Shown here: positions 28,131 through 40,429 of the stretch, piece after piece
How positions within the stretch are numbered: position 1 is the stretch's first letter
Layout: every line of letters starts with the position of its first letter
DNA from: Octopus vulgaris
Lineage: Eukaryota
Direction of reading: 5' to 3'
DNA length: 64,000 nt
Assembly (NCBI GenBank): GCA_951406725.2
Contig: OX597818.1
Coordinates: 86,552,001 to 86,616,000, forward strand
The notes under the pieces: generated by a model
Seen by the model: the letters and a program-made list of their open reading frames with translations, nothing else
What the model was told of the DNA's origin: nothing
Database searches by the model: none
Translations under genes and position numbers: made by a program

Positions 28131-28387
28131 ATAATCCATATTTTTATTGCTTTTTCTTTCGTCTTGCTCGATTACGCTTTGGTTGTTTTGCTAAATTTTT
28201 CTTGAGAACATTTCTTAGTGGTAAGACCATAGCGGATCTATTTCTAGCATATGGGTCTCCACATAGTGGTTTCCCTCTAATATGTATATAATACAATTTT
28301 ACTGAACCTTCAAATCAAATTAATATCTAATTTCTCACCCTCATTTTAAATTTAAATTTAAATATATATACATATGTTTATATATAT

Positions 28388-28465
<78 letters not shown>

Positions 28466-29254
28466 AATAATATATAGAAATTTATGGGCTATTTACGGAG
28501 TGCTCATAGGGAGCCAATGCAAAAAAAATACAGAGTAGAAAAATTACTGAGTAATTTTATATGTATTTTTATATAAAATATAATGTGTCTTGAATAGCAC
28601 AACAATGCAGAGTGGACTATTATAATAAGTCATAATTCAATTATCCATAGTCTGATATAATGATAATATTTTGGAATACAAAAATTCCTTCTTCAGATAT
28701 CGTTAGGAACTGATCGAGTCACTGCTATAAACGGTTTCCAACGGTTACTGAATTTTTTCCCCTAGAAGCGTCTCTGCGGTGGTCTCACGAAGTTCCTTCC
28801 GGAATTCCTCATGAGAAGTGCGTGAGAGCGGCTATGTCTTAAGCTCGTCTGTGTTGGCACACCCACAGCGTTGCTTCTAAGTTATGTACTTTTTCGTGCG
28901 GTTTCTTTTGTTTTATATATAATACATGAGCATGTCATCAAAAATGAACCTACGCGCATCCAGATGTAGCTAAATAATATATTGATTGCCAACCTCCAGC
29001 CTGTTGTTAATTTGGGGCCCTAGTCTGTCAATGAGGATAGCTTCCTTATTTTATATTTCTTCTATATTTTTATGTATGTTTGGTTTTATTCTTTATACCC
29101 TTGGAGAATCTTTACGCCTGTACATACATAATTTATGCTATGTATAAATATATATGCTTCAGTTTCATTCATTGAATACCTTCATTTATACGTTCGGGAA
29201 TCTGTTTGACTGCCTATGATTTGCGTTTTCAATTTCCTTTATATATTTGTCTCT

Positions 29255-29650
29255 TTTATCTCTTTTACTTGATTCAGTCATTTGACTGCGGCCATGCTAG
29301 AGCACCGCTTTTAGTCGAGCAAATCGCCCCCAGGACTTCTTCTTTGGAGGCCTAGTACTTATTCTATCGGTCTCTTTTGCCGAACCGCTAAGTTACGGGG
29401 GGCGTAAACACACCACCATCGGTTGTCAAGCGATGTTGGGGAACAAACACAGACACACAAACATATACTCACACATGCGTATATAAACATATATACGACG
29501 GGCTTCTTTCTGTTTCCGTCTACCAATTCCACTCACAAGGTTTTGGTCGGCCCGAGGCTATAGCAGAAGACACTTGCCCAAGCTGCCACGCAGTGGGAAT
29601 GAACCTGGAGCCATGTGGCTGGTAAGCAAGCTACTTACCACACAGCCACA
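29255..29650 (-). mobile_element. SINE group A, near full-length
   Basis: Multi-copy identity. Confidence 0.9.
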
Positions 29651-30399
29651 TACGACGGGCTTCTTTCAGTTTCTGTCAATGGAATCTACTCGCACATAAG
29701 ACATTAGCCGGGCCGAGTTTATAACAGAAGTGGAAGACACTTGCTCAAAGTACTCTGAAAAGGGATTGAACCCAAATACCCCGTGATTTGTCCTGCGTTG
29801 CTAATGATTCTGCTAGCTATTCTGATCGGCTGCTTCATGGGGAGTGGGGTGAGATGCTTTTACATCCAAAATATCCATAATGCAATTTGACTCAGGAATA
29901 CTCTTCGTATTTCTAAAATACCTTTTCGCTTTCAATAACTACCGTTTCCAGTAAAATTCGGTTTTGCTGTGTGAATAAATAAATCACAAGAACAAATTTT
30001 ATCTGTTGCTAGGATACAACTCGAAGAACATTGGTTTCATCGTGGATGACCTCATAATGCATGTACAACGAGGTGGACATCCACGCAATCTTTTTTGTTT
30101 ATGCCGCTTCCGGAAAAAACACGTTACATTGTTTATAAGGAAGTTAGGGATTTGCACTCAACAGTAAATAACACGAACAAATAAGACAATTAAATGATGG
30201 CAGGTTGCCGAAAATCTGGAAACTTGTAAATAATAGATAAACTTGTACACAACATGGAAAACCATTTTACAAAATAAGTGTGTGTATGTGTGTGTGTGTA
30301 TGTGTGTGTGTGTATGCATGTATTCATGTATATGTCTGTATGTTCTCTTCTGTCTTAATTATTCGAAGTCTTTCTATAAGGAAGGAGCTGGCTTCAAAT

Positions 30400-30770
30400 A
30401 AAGATTCAACGCTACGTCATTGGAACGTAAATAGCAAAATCAACGTCACATTTTGAACAGAGAGTATTTGCAAATGTACGAGTTGGACGGTGGATTTCTT
30501 TTTCTGAAGAACACCTACTTTATCGAGATTGTCACTCTGGCATTTACGAACGAAACCAAGTACAGCAATTATTATGGATATAAACATGGATTTATAATCT
30601 GGGTATAAAAACCGGATATTTCGAAGCAGTTGCCCATAGTTATTCTCCTTCTTTTTGATTTTCGACAAGATATTCACCTCAGCAGGGCAACTGGCCTTTT
30701 ATGACGGTACATACTTTTCTTACCTGTCCCAAACAATATTCGGATTGTTATGTTTACGCTTGGGAGACGT
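30400..30770 (-). pseudogene. RLE-type non-LTR retrotransposon 3' fragment
   Basis: Frameshifted KHNNPNIVWD...CTVI / VNILSKIKKKENNYGQLLRNIRFLYPDYK...IIIAVLGFV resembles the PD-(D/E)xK RLE C-terminus. Confidence 0.65.
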
Positions 30771-30834
30771 TGTGATGAGACAGTTCCTCAAAAATACCTT
30801 GTGTTGATGCTTATATGAGGGATTTCTCAATCTT

Positions 30835-31345
30835 TTTATCTTTTAGTTTTACGTATTTCAGTCATTGAACTGCGGCCATACTGGGGCACCGCCTTGACGG
30901 ATTTCTAGTCGAATGTATCGACCCCAGTATTAATTTTTTTAAAGCCTGAAACTTATTCTATCGATCTCTTTTCCCTAACCGCTAAGTTATAGGGACATAA
31001 GCACACCAACACCGCTTGTGAAACGGTGGAGGTGGGGACAAACACAGACATACTCTTTCGCCACAACTTTCTCTCACTCTCTCTTCCTGTTTCTTGAGTA
31101 ACGCTGCGATGGACTGGCGCCCCGTCCAGCTGGAGGGAACACATGCGCCACAGAAACCGGTAAACCGGGCCCATGAGCCTGGCTAGGCTTAAAAAGGGTG
31201 ACGTTTATCGTTTTATATATACGACGGGCTTTCAGTTTCTGTCTACCAAATCCACTCACAAGGCTTTGGTCGGCCTAAGGCTACAGTAGTGGACATGCAG
31301 CGGGACTAAACCCGCAACCATGTGGTTAGGAAGCAAGCTTTTTAC
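30835..31345 (-). mobile_element. SINE group A interrupted by a group C tail fragment (~31055-31200, +)
   Basis: Group A halves flank sequence homologous to the tails at 5191-5290 and 19620-19650. Confidence 0.75.
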
Positions 31346-31755
31346 CACACAGTCACGCCTGCGCCTATATTTATTCCAGGATAGCCGGTTTTTTTTCTTT
31401 TTTCTTTTCTCAGGTGGCATCGTATATTGTTTTAGCGACGTTATATTATACTGGGAGTTTAGTGCCTTGATGTTACTTTTTACCAGCTGCTGGTCATACG
31501 TATGATGTCTTCCACAGAAATATGATATAATCAACACCTTCTGTTGCATCTTAGGGTCTCCAAGGGCTTCACTGCCTCTGGTTTATTTGATAATTTCTTG
31601 CTATCTCCTGCTCTTCGATTGTAAATGCAAAGCCTTCAAAGTGTGGTGCAATGTAGAGGTCACGAATCTAAGAGATTACCAAGAAATCGTAGGTCTATGT
31701 GTGAACAACTTGCATGCGTGGTACAAGTATGCATGTCTTTTTAGTACATGTGTGA

Positions 31756-31821
<66 letters not shown>

Positions 31822-32102
31822 GGTTATTCATTATGGATGCGTTTAGGATACATGAAGTCACGTGATTGCATGTCATACGTTGATTTCAAAAATCTCAAAT
31901 GGAGAATCTTTACGTATGTGTGTGTACGCATGCGTGCATGTGTGTACGTATATGTATGTGCGTATGAATCTATGCATCCGTATGTGTGCGTATATGTGGG
32001 AATGTATGTATGTATCAGGTATTTACTCAACACAGCATGCGAAGGTGTTTTTCATTGCCATGTGGTAATGCGCGCATCTATGGTTGTTTGAGTGTATATG
32101 CT

Positions 32103-32133
<31 letters not shown>

Positions 32134-32196
32134 ATACATATAAATATATACATATATATATACACACATACACACATTGTGTTTTATATATTGTAT

Positions 32197-32245
<49 letters not shown>

Positions 32246-32414
32246 ATGTATATGTATATAAACTATGTGGAACTATAGAAGAGTGAATTGGTGTGTAGGT
32301 GTGTCTACATCTCTCTGCCAAAATTGCAATTAATAAATGTGCATGATTTCATGCGAATGCACCGAATATTTCCTGGGGTGTCAAGTGTTCATTTATTGAT
32401 GGACTGGTTCCGTT

Positions 32415-32491
32415 GGGGCGGCGGCGGTGATGGTGGATGTGGTGATGCTAGTGACAGTTGTGGCACCGTCGACGCTGGAGGTGGCTGCTTT

Positions 32492-32534
<43 letters not shown>

Positions 32535-33339
32535 GTTGGTGGTGGTGATGGTGGTGGTGATGGTGGTGGTGAGAGTTATGTTTACTGTTGCGCTGGTAGC
32601 GGTGGTGGTGGTGGTGGTGGTCATGATGGTGATGCTGGCGTGGTGGTGCTGGCCGTGGGGGGTGGTAGGGATGAAAGCGATGGTGGTACTCGTGGTGGTA
32701 CCTGTGGTGGTGGCGGTGGTAGAGGTGGGTGTAGCTGTGCGGGTGATGGATGTGGTGGGGCTAGTGATAGTTCTGACACCATTGATGCTCTATGTGGCTG
32801 TTGCTGTTTTTGTTGTTGTTGGTGGTGGTGGCGGTGGCGGTAGTGGTGGTGGTGGTGGTGGTGGTGGCGGCGGCGGTGATGATGGTGACGGTGGTGGTGG
32901 TGGTGGTGGTGGCGGCGGCGGCGGTGATGATGGTGACGGTGGTGGTGGTGGTGGTGGTGGTGGTGGTGGCGGCGGCGGCGGTGATGATGGTGACGGTAGT
33001 GGTGATGATGGTGGTGATGATGGCGGTGACGGTGATGGTGGCGGCGGCAGCGGTGCTGGGATAGCTGTTGTGTGAAGGTGGTCGGTAATAGTGGTGCTGG
33101 TGATAATGATAAGTGATGATCTTGATGATGATGATGCTAGTGGTAGGAGAACGGTGGTGGTGGTGGTGCTAGTGGTGGTGCTGCTGCTACTGCTGCTGCT
33201 GCCTGTTTTTGTCGTTGCGGTTGTCGTTGTCATAGCGCTTGTGGTATTGGTGGTGATGCTGATGTTGATGGTGGTGTTGGTGCAAGCAGTAGTAACAAAT
33301 TCCAGAAATCCTTAACCACTACTGCTGCTGCTCCTACTT

Positions 33340-33417
<78 letters not shown>

Positions 33418-33420
33418 GGT
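32415..33420. repeat. (GGT)/(GTT)/(GAT) low-complexity block
   Basis: Direct inspection. Confidence 0.9.
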
Positions 33421-33764
33421 GTTTGAATGACAGAATATCAGTACAACACGACGGAATTGAACGAAGCATCCCGCAACCTGGTGGTTCGCTTTGCTTGAAT
33501 TCGCATTCAGATCTCCTTCAAATCACACCGCACTATCTTTACAGTGTAATGCGATCACGGATTACCTACATACTCAGTTTAAAAGAGGGGATGGCCATGG
33601 TCAGAACGACTTTAATTTAATGCTGTTTCAATTGCGTACATCGTGTCGAATAACCTTTGTGTTTCGTAAAATGTTTGGGTCCGTTTCGGGACAGAAAGTA
33701 TAACATCACCTCGAAGCACTGGGGCTTTCTTGGGCAATGGTGGTGAGAGGTCAGAATATGAGTA

Positions 33765-33880
33765 TATACTCTTTTACTCTTTTACTTGTTTCTGTCATTT
33801 GACTGTGGCCATGCTGGAACACCGCCTTTAGTCGAGCAAATCGGCCCCAGGACTTATTTTTTGTAAGCCTAGTACTTATA
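33765..33880 (-). mobile_element. SINE group A 3' fragment
   Basis: Multi-copy identity. Confidence 0.8.
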
Positions 33881-34582
33881 TATATATAAACAACACACAT
33901 CTATTTACACCTCCCTGGAACCAATCAAAAACAGCCCCCCACACACACACAAACATATGTATACATATATATGCACACACACAAGGACACACACACTCAC
34001 ACCAATCTCACCTCCATACAGACACACATATACACACGCAGCACCATGCCAAATGCCATCCACACACATACATACATACACACACACACACAATTCCTCC
34101 TGGAAATTACCTTGAGATGTATAATATATTTGTTTTAATCTTTTCTGCCCATTATTTCAATGAGCTTGTTAAACTTTTTTATATTCTCAACATACTGTTG
34201 TCACTAAAGAATGTATATTTATATGGATTATAGTACTCTGTGTCAACCAATATTCTGTGCATGTTTGAATATACAGATGCAATACCAATATCAATTCCTT
34301 CTGGAAACTATCTTAAGTATGTCCTTGAGAACGATTATTTATGTAATCTTTTGTGCCCAATATTTTAAGGAACTTGTTGAACTTTTTTATGTCCTTAACA
34401 TGTCCCTGTTACCAAAGACTGTATATATGCAATGTAGCAATTTGCAACAACCAATAATTAACGCAACCAAACTTCTACATGTTACTTTTGACAATCTTTT
34501 TCCAAAGAGTGAAACCGGTAAAGTAAATAAACATCCTTTAAATTGCATTTTCAAACCTTCTTTCGTATATATATATATATAT

Positions 34583-34930
34583 ATACAATAAGAGGCTTCC
34601 AAATAGGAAAGCGTTGTGCTAGAACACAAAAAAGGGATAAATTCACGAAAGGAATGAAAATTAAAAACATTTACCATCTCAACTATATCCCAGACCGACG
34701 GTTTCTAACTATTTCCAGCAAAAAAATATTTGCTGAAGGCAAGTTTCTTCAGTGGGACAGCCTTCATAATCCTGACGTACAGATCCACATGGAGATCTAA
34801 CGGTTTGTAAATCCTATCTTTTCAAACCTCTGAGCAGACGCAAATTTTACCCGGCGACAGAGAGGATGCCGGTAAAAACATTTTTGTGTTCTAGCACAAC
34901 GCTTTCCTATTTGGAAGCCTCTTATTGTAT
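34583..34930 (-). mobile_element. Penelope-like/retrozyme-like module with perfect 50-bp inverted repeats enclosing a hammerhead
   Basis: 34583-34632 is the exact reverse complement of 34881-34930; left end abuts (TA)n. Confidence 0.75.
34687..34758 (-). ncRNA. Type-I hammerhead ribozyme
   Basis: GUCCCA-CUGAAGA-AACU...AGUUA-GAAA-CCGUCGG-UC-UGGGAU; 6-bp stem I, GUC cleavage triplet. Confidence 0.75.
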
Positions 34931-35014
34931 TTCTATATGAATAATATATAGTCTAATGACTAATTCGTTTTTTGTGCTAGGCCACTGGTAATAATAATTT
35001 ATTATTATTACCCT

Positions 35015-35165
35015 ATTTTCAGTTTCCATCTACCAAATCCACTCAGAAGGCTTTGGTCGGCCCGAGGCTATAGTAGTAGACACTTGCCCAAGGTGCCACA
35101 CAGTGGGACTGAACCCGGAACCAAGTGGTTGGTAAGCAAGCTACTTACCACACAGCCACTCCTAC
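35015..35165 (-). mobile_element. SINE group A 5' half
   Basis: Multi-copy identity. Confidence 0.85.
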
Positions 35166-35499
35166 TTCTATAGAGAGCAGAACTAGATGGAGTGGGATGG
35201 GAGTAAATCACTGATTCTTTTGGGTACCCTTACTTTCACACACGATCCGCATTACTCCAGTTGCCGCACCAACAGGGGTAGGGAACGAGGAGGGGGAGGG
35301 AGAGGGAGAGGGGGAGGGAGAGGGGGAGGGAGAGGGAGAGGGGGAGGAAGTACCAGAAAATTCAGAACTGGAAAAAGAACTGAAAGAAGAAGGTAGAGAA
35401 CAACTATTGCACACGCGTTGCACACAAACGAAGTTGCATAACAAATGAAGAACGATTTTGTACGCATACATTCATGCATACATACTTACATATAAGCGG

Positions 35500-35822
35500 A
35501 CTGCCATAGCCTCAGGTCGTCTAAAACCTTGTAAGTGGATTTGGTCCACGGAGATTGGAAGATGCTCGTCGTATGTGTATGTGTGTGTGTGTGTATGTGT
35601 TTGTGTGTGTGCGTGCGTGCGTGTGTGTGCATTCTGTGTTTGTGCCTCACTACCGCTTGGTAACCGCTATTGGTGTGTTTACATCCAGGTAACTTTGCCC
35701 TTCGATAGAATAAGTACCATGTTTAAAAAATACTGGGGGGTCGATTCATTCGCCTAAAAATTCTTCAAGGCGGTGCCCCAGCTTGACCGTACTCTAATGA
35801 TCGGAACAAGTAAAAGATGAAA
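35500..35822 (+). mobile_element. SINE group A, old
   Basis: Diverged match to group A body and tail. Confidence 0.65.
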
Positions 35823-35824
35823 GA

Positions 35825-36525
35825 TACAAACATGCAAACAAACATACAAACATGCATACACACATACATACATACAGGCATATATACATACATACCTGCA
35901 TATACATACATACGTACACACAGACACTCGCGCACGCACACACATATATACGTTCTTACACATACATACATGCATACATACAAACAAGTATACAGACATG
36001 CATACACACATGCATACATACACACATGCATACATACATACATACATACATACATACATACATACATACATACATACCTGCATATATATACATACGTACA
36101 CACAGACTCTCGCGCACGCATACATACATACATGCATACATACATACATACATACATACATACATACATACATACATACATACATACATGCATACATACA
36201 TACATACATACATACATACATACATACATACATACATACATACATACATACATACATACATACATACATACATACTGCATACATACATACATACATACAT
36301 ACATACATACATACATACATACATGCATGCATGCATACATACATACATACATACATACATACATACATACATACATACATACATACATACATACATACAT
36401 ACATACATGCATGCATGCATGCATACATACATACATACATACATACATGCATGCATACATACATACATACATACATACATACATACATACATACATACAT
36501 ACATACATACATACATACATACACA
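35825..36525. repeat. (CATA/CATG)n microsatellite array
   Basis: Direct inspection. Confidence 0.95.
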
Positions 36526-37177
36526 AACCCAGCTAAGTCAAGAGCCGCGTGGAGTAATGGATACTGTATTTGTTTGTTAACGAAGTTTCATCTCCTCTCA
36601 TCACATCTACGTATATTCCACACTTATAATGCTCATCTTCATCTCTCCACCTACACCACTCTCTCTCTACCTCTCATACTTTCTCTCTGTACCTCTTTCT
36701 CTCTCTGTCTCTCTCTCTCTGTCTCTCTGTCTTTCTCTCTTGCTCTCTCCCTCTCTATACTAATAGTATATAAACCGTTCAAGTGGCTGTGATCTGTCAG
36801 GCGCAGCAGGTTACTGAGCCGCTTACCTCCTTGAAGAATTATTAATTTCTTTTTAGTGAACAGTCAGTCATTCCAGCATCGAGTGAGAGAGAAAGTGAAA
36901 GAAAAAGAGGGACAGAGAGAGAGAGAGAGGGTAAGACGACGTTTATAGTTCATGTATTCGGATGTGTGCATGCAAATCTATATAGACCAACTTACGCATT
37001 TATGCGTGTGTGTGTGTGAGTGTATGTGTGTGTGTATAAATGTTTGTATTACGTATATAGAGAGAGATTAATTAAGATAGATATACGTACATACACACAC
37101 ACACACACACACACACACGATTAGACACTAAAACTCACTCACACATATACACATGTATACATACATATATACATACG

Positions 37178-37244
<67 letters not shown>

Positions 37245-37343
37245 TCTCACACACACGAATAGACACTAACACACATGTATACATATATATATATATATAT
37301 ATAAAATGTATGTATGTATGTATATATATATACATATATATAT

Positions 37344-37384
<41 letters not shown>

Positions 37385-38092
37385 ATGTATGTATATATAT
37401 ATATATATACAATTCTGCCCTGTATAACTGTCGATGTTTGAAAGCAATCCATAGACTTTTGTGCAATATATATATATACACACACACACACACATTCAGA
37501 TACACATGTATACACACATACACATACATACTCGCACGCGCACACACACACACAAACACACGCACACATAATACATATACATGTGTATCTATAAAAACGT
37601 ATTCGCGATGTGTGTATAGGTGTGCATGTGTTTGCAGGGTGGGTGGTACGGATGTGATGCTACAAATATAACAAAAGATAAACTAAATGAAGGACCAAGC
37701 GTACGTGGTCAATGAATGTAAGGAAAGATGTAAAGAGACTAGGTCAATGGAACTAACGCCATATTAAATTTCTTTCTCATTCATATTTCAGTTCAATATG
37801 GCGCGGAGTTTCAATGAACGCACGTTCCGTGTATGCGTCTGTATGTGTATGTATGTGTATGTATGAGTGCATGTGTGTATGGGGTGTATGGGGGGTGTGG
37901 ATTCACGTGTGGTGTATGTCGAATTGGTTATATCTATATTTATTCAATAGTTCATTTATAATAGTATATATAGCATGTCTTCTTCAAAAGTAAGTATTCA
38001 AATGTATTGTGTGTGTGTGTGTGTGTGTGTGTAAGTGTGCATACACATCTATGTGAAATAACAGACATATATGTGTGTGTGTGTATATATAC

Positions 38093-38166
<74 letters not shown>

Positions 38167-38379
38167 GCACTTATGCATAAATGTACATATGCATACATGT
38201 ATACACACACGCACACACATAAATGCTAAGAAACTCACTAATCATTACAACACGTTTCTACTCTTCAGTTTCGATACGCATGTGTGTGTGTGTACAAACA
38301 TATTTACAGTCATACATACGTACATGCATACAAGCTCACACACACACACACACACACACATATTGTAGCAACTGGGAAA

Positions 38380-38704
38380 AAAGTGCGTAACTTTCGTTAA
38401 TTGTTATTGTTCCTTATCGTCCACTGTCCACATTTTGTACACTATACCTGCCACTAACCTCCAACATTCGGATCCCCGCGTGTGTATCATTGGCGATTTT
38501 CTTTCTCCGTCTTCCCTTCCTTGGACCTTTCCTTTTTCTATGTTAATGGCGAAGAGCTCCGTTCGAAACGTTAAATCCTCCTTCTTTCTTGCCTTTCCTG
38601 AGCGTCCAATAACACTATACTTGTTCCACGTCCTCGTGTTGTGTTTTCTCTTGGTGTTTTCATGTTTGGATTAACTTAATATATGTATATATTATATCGA
38701 TGTA

Positions 38705-38751
<47 letters not shown>

Positions 38752-38896
38752 CCGCGTGTGTACCGTTGGCGATGTTTTCCCCTCTGTCTTCCCTTCTCTG
38801 GATCTTTCCTATGTTTCCGAGCGTCCAATAATACTATATTTGTTCCACATCCTCGCGTTGTTGTGTTTTTTGTGCTTTCATGTTTGTATTAACTTT
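38380..38896 (+). mobile_element. Two tandem copies of a Penelope-like 3' module; the first carries a degenerate hammerhead (38541-38576)
   Basis: 38476-38678 and 38752-38896 are homologous; UGGCGA-AGAGC-UCC-GUUC-GAAA-CG-UU in copy 1; both end in (TA)-rich tracts. Confidence 0.55.
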
Positions 38897-38901
38897 ATAT
38901 A

Positions 38902-38977
<76 letters not shown>

Positions 38978-39283
38978 ATTATAAATTTTCTTCAGAAAAT
39001 CATAGAAAGCATGGAAGCGTTCGAGTCAAACCCGAGACGCTAGACAAGTTCAAGAGATACAAGGAAGAAGTTCAACTCAAGCAGACTGCGATTGGTGTAT
39101 ACATATACGGATTTGATAAAAAGAATTGTCTAAAACATATAAAGAATTCAAAATATAGATATAGAAATATAAAAATGTATATGGATGTTAAAAATATGCA
39201 AGGACAAATGAATATATACATATATAAATATAATGGAGGATAGATAAAAATATAGATGAAGATAATGAAATATAGACATTTCG

Positions 39284-39340
<57 letters not shown>

Positions 39341-40429
39341 ATATAATATAAATAACATATAAATATATGCATATGTACATACATATATGTACATACCTAC
39401 ATCTATATGTATATATACATGCATATATGAGTACAGGACATCAAAAAAACTTTGAACACAATGAGAAAAGAAAACATAAAAACAAAAACATGGAAACCGA
39501 CTTTTTTCAAACAACGAAAAAAACGGAGTACAAGACATACAACACAAGGAATATTCCTTTTCTTCAGTTGTCCCTGTTTCGTCTACTCCGCGTGACGAAG
39601 GTAAGGACAAGACGTAGCTTCGTTGAAACAGCCCTTCCCGCAAAGTAAATTTAATAAAATTTGGGATTTTTTGCGGAGGGGTAAAAGCGGTAACAAGAAC
39701 AGGGCAGTAAGAACAAAACAAGACAGTAAAAACAATAAAAGCAAAAGCTAGAAGGCCAGAAGCTTTGAGTACATCGACTTGTACTAGGCTAGGACTTCAC
39801 TTTACCGACCCAGGAGGGATGAACAGCCAATCTGACCTCGGCCTTGAGAGTGGACTTGGTAGACGGATAACTGAAAGAAACCCACAGCGTGTGTGTGTCT
39901 GTGTGTCCCCCATCACCTCTTAATTGGTGTACAGGCTTGATATCCTCAGCCCGTTTTCAGATAACAATACCAGGTCACAATGAGGACGTATTCAGCGCAA
40001 ACTGGTATCGATGTTTCCAATGAAACCCTCTAAGTTGGTGCTCCAGAATGGTTGCAGTCCAATGAGTGAAACAAGTAACGGATAAAAGAAAGCTAATGTA
40101 GTTATTTTGCTGTAGCTGGAGCTGGGATTGTATCTACTCTGAATCCCTAAATTTTCACTGATTTTTACACTATACCTGATAATACTCCTTTCTGCTGTAG
40201 GCATAAGGTCTGAAATTTGGGGGGAAAAGGGACTAGCCGATAACATCGACATCAGTGCATCACTGGTACTTCTTTCACCGACCCTGATCAGAGAGAAGGC
40301 GGAGTCGACATCAGCGGGCTCGTTGATTTGATCACATATAGGACTGTTCAATCAGAAAATCTGGGGTGATCGATCTGAGCAGCAGCAGTAGCAGTAGAGA
40401 CGACGATGGCAAAACAGTAGTAGAGCAAT

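Larger units (their letters stand above)
27688..28289. repeat. 600-bp palindrome (~280-300-bp inverted arms), Penelope-like inverted terminal repeat
   Basis: Arms ~27688-27967 and ~27989-28289 are highly similar reverse complements; left end abuts (TA)n. Confidence 0.9.

Noticed and set aside
35287-35348. G-rich (GGGAGA/GGGGGA)n G-quadruplex candidate
   Set aside because: Ordinary simple repeat with no evidence of function
39430-39720. Hammerhead in a PLE-like stub (minus strand CUGAAGA plus hairpin)
   Set aside because: No GAAA or stem III follows the hairpin
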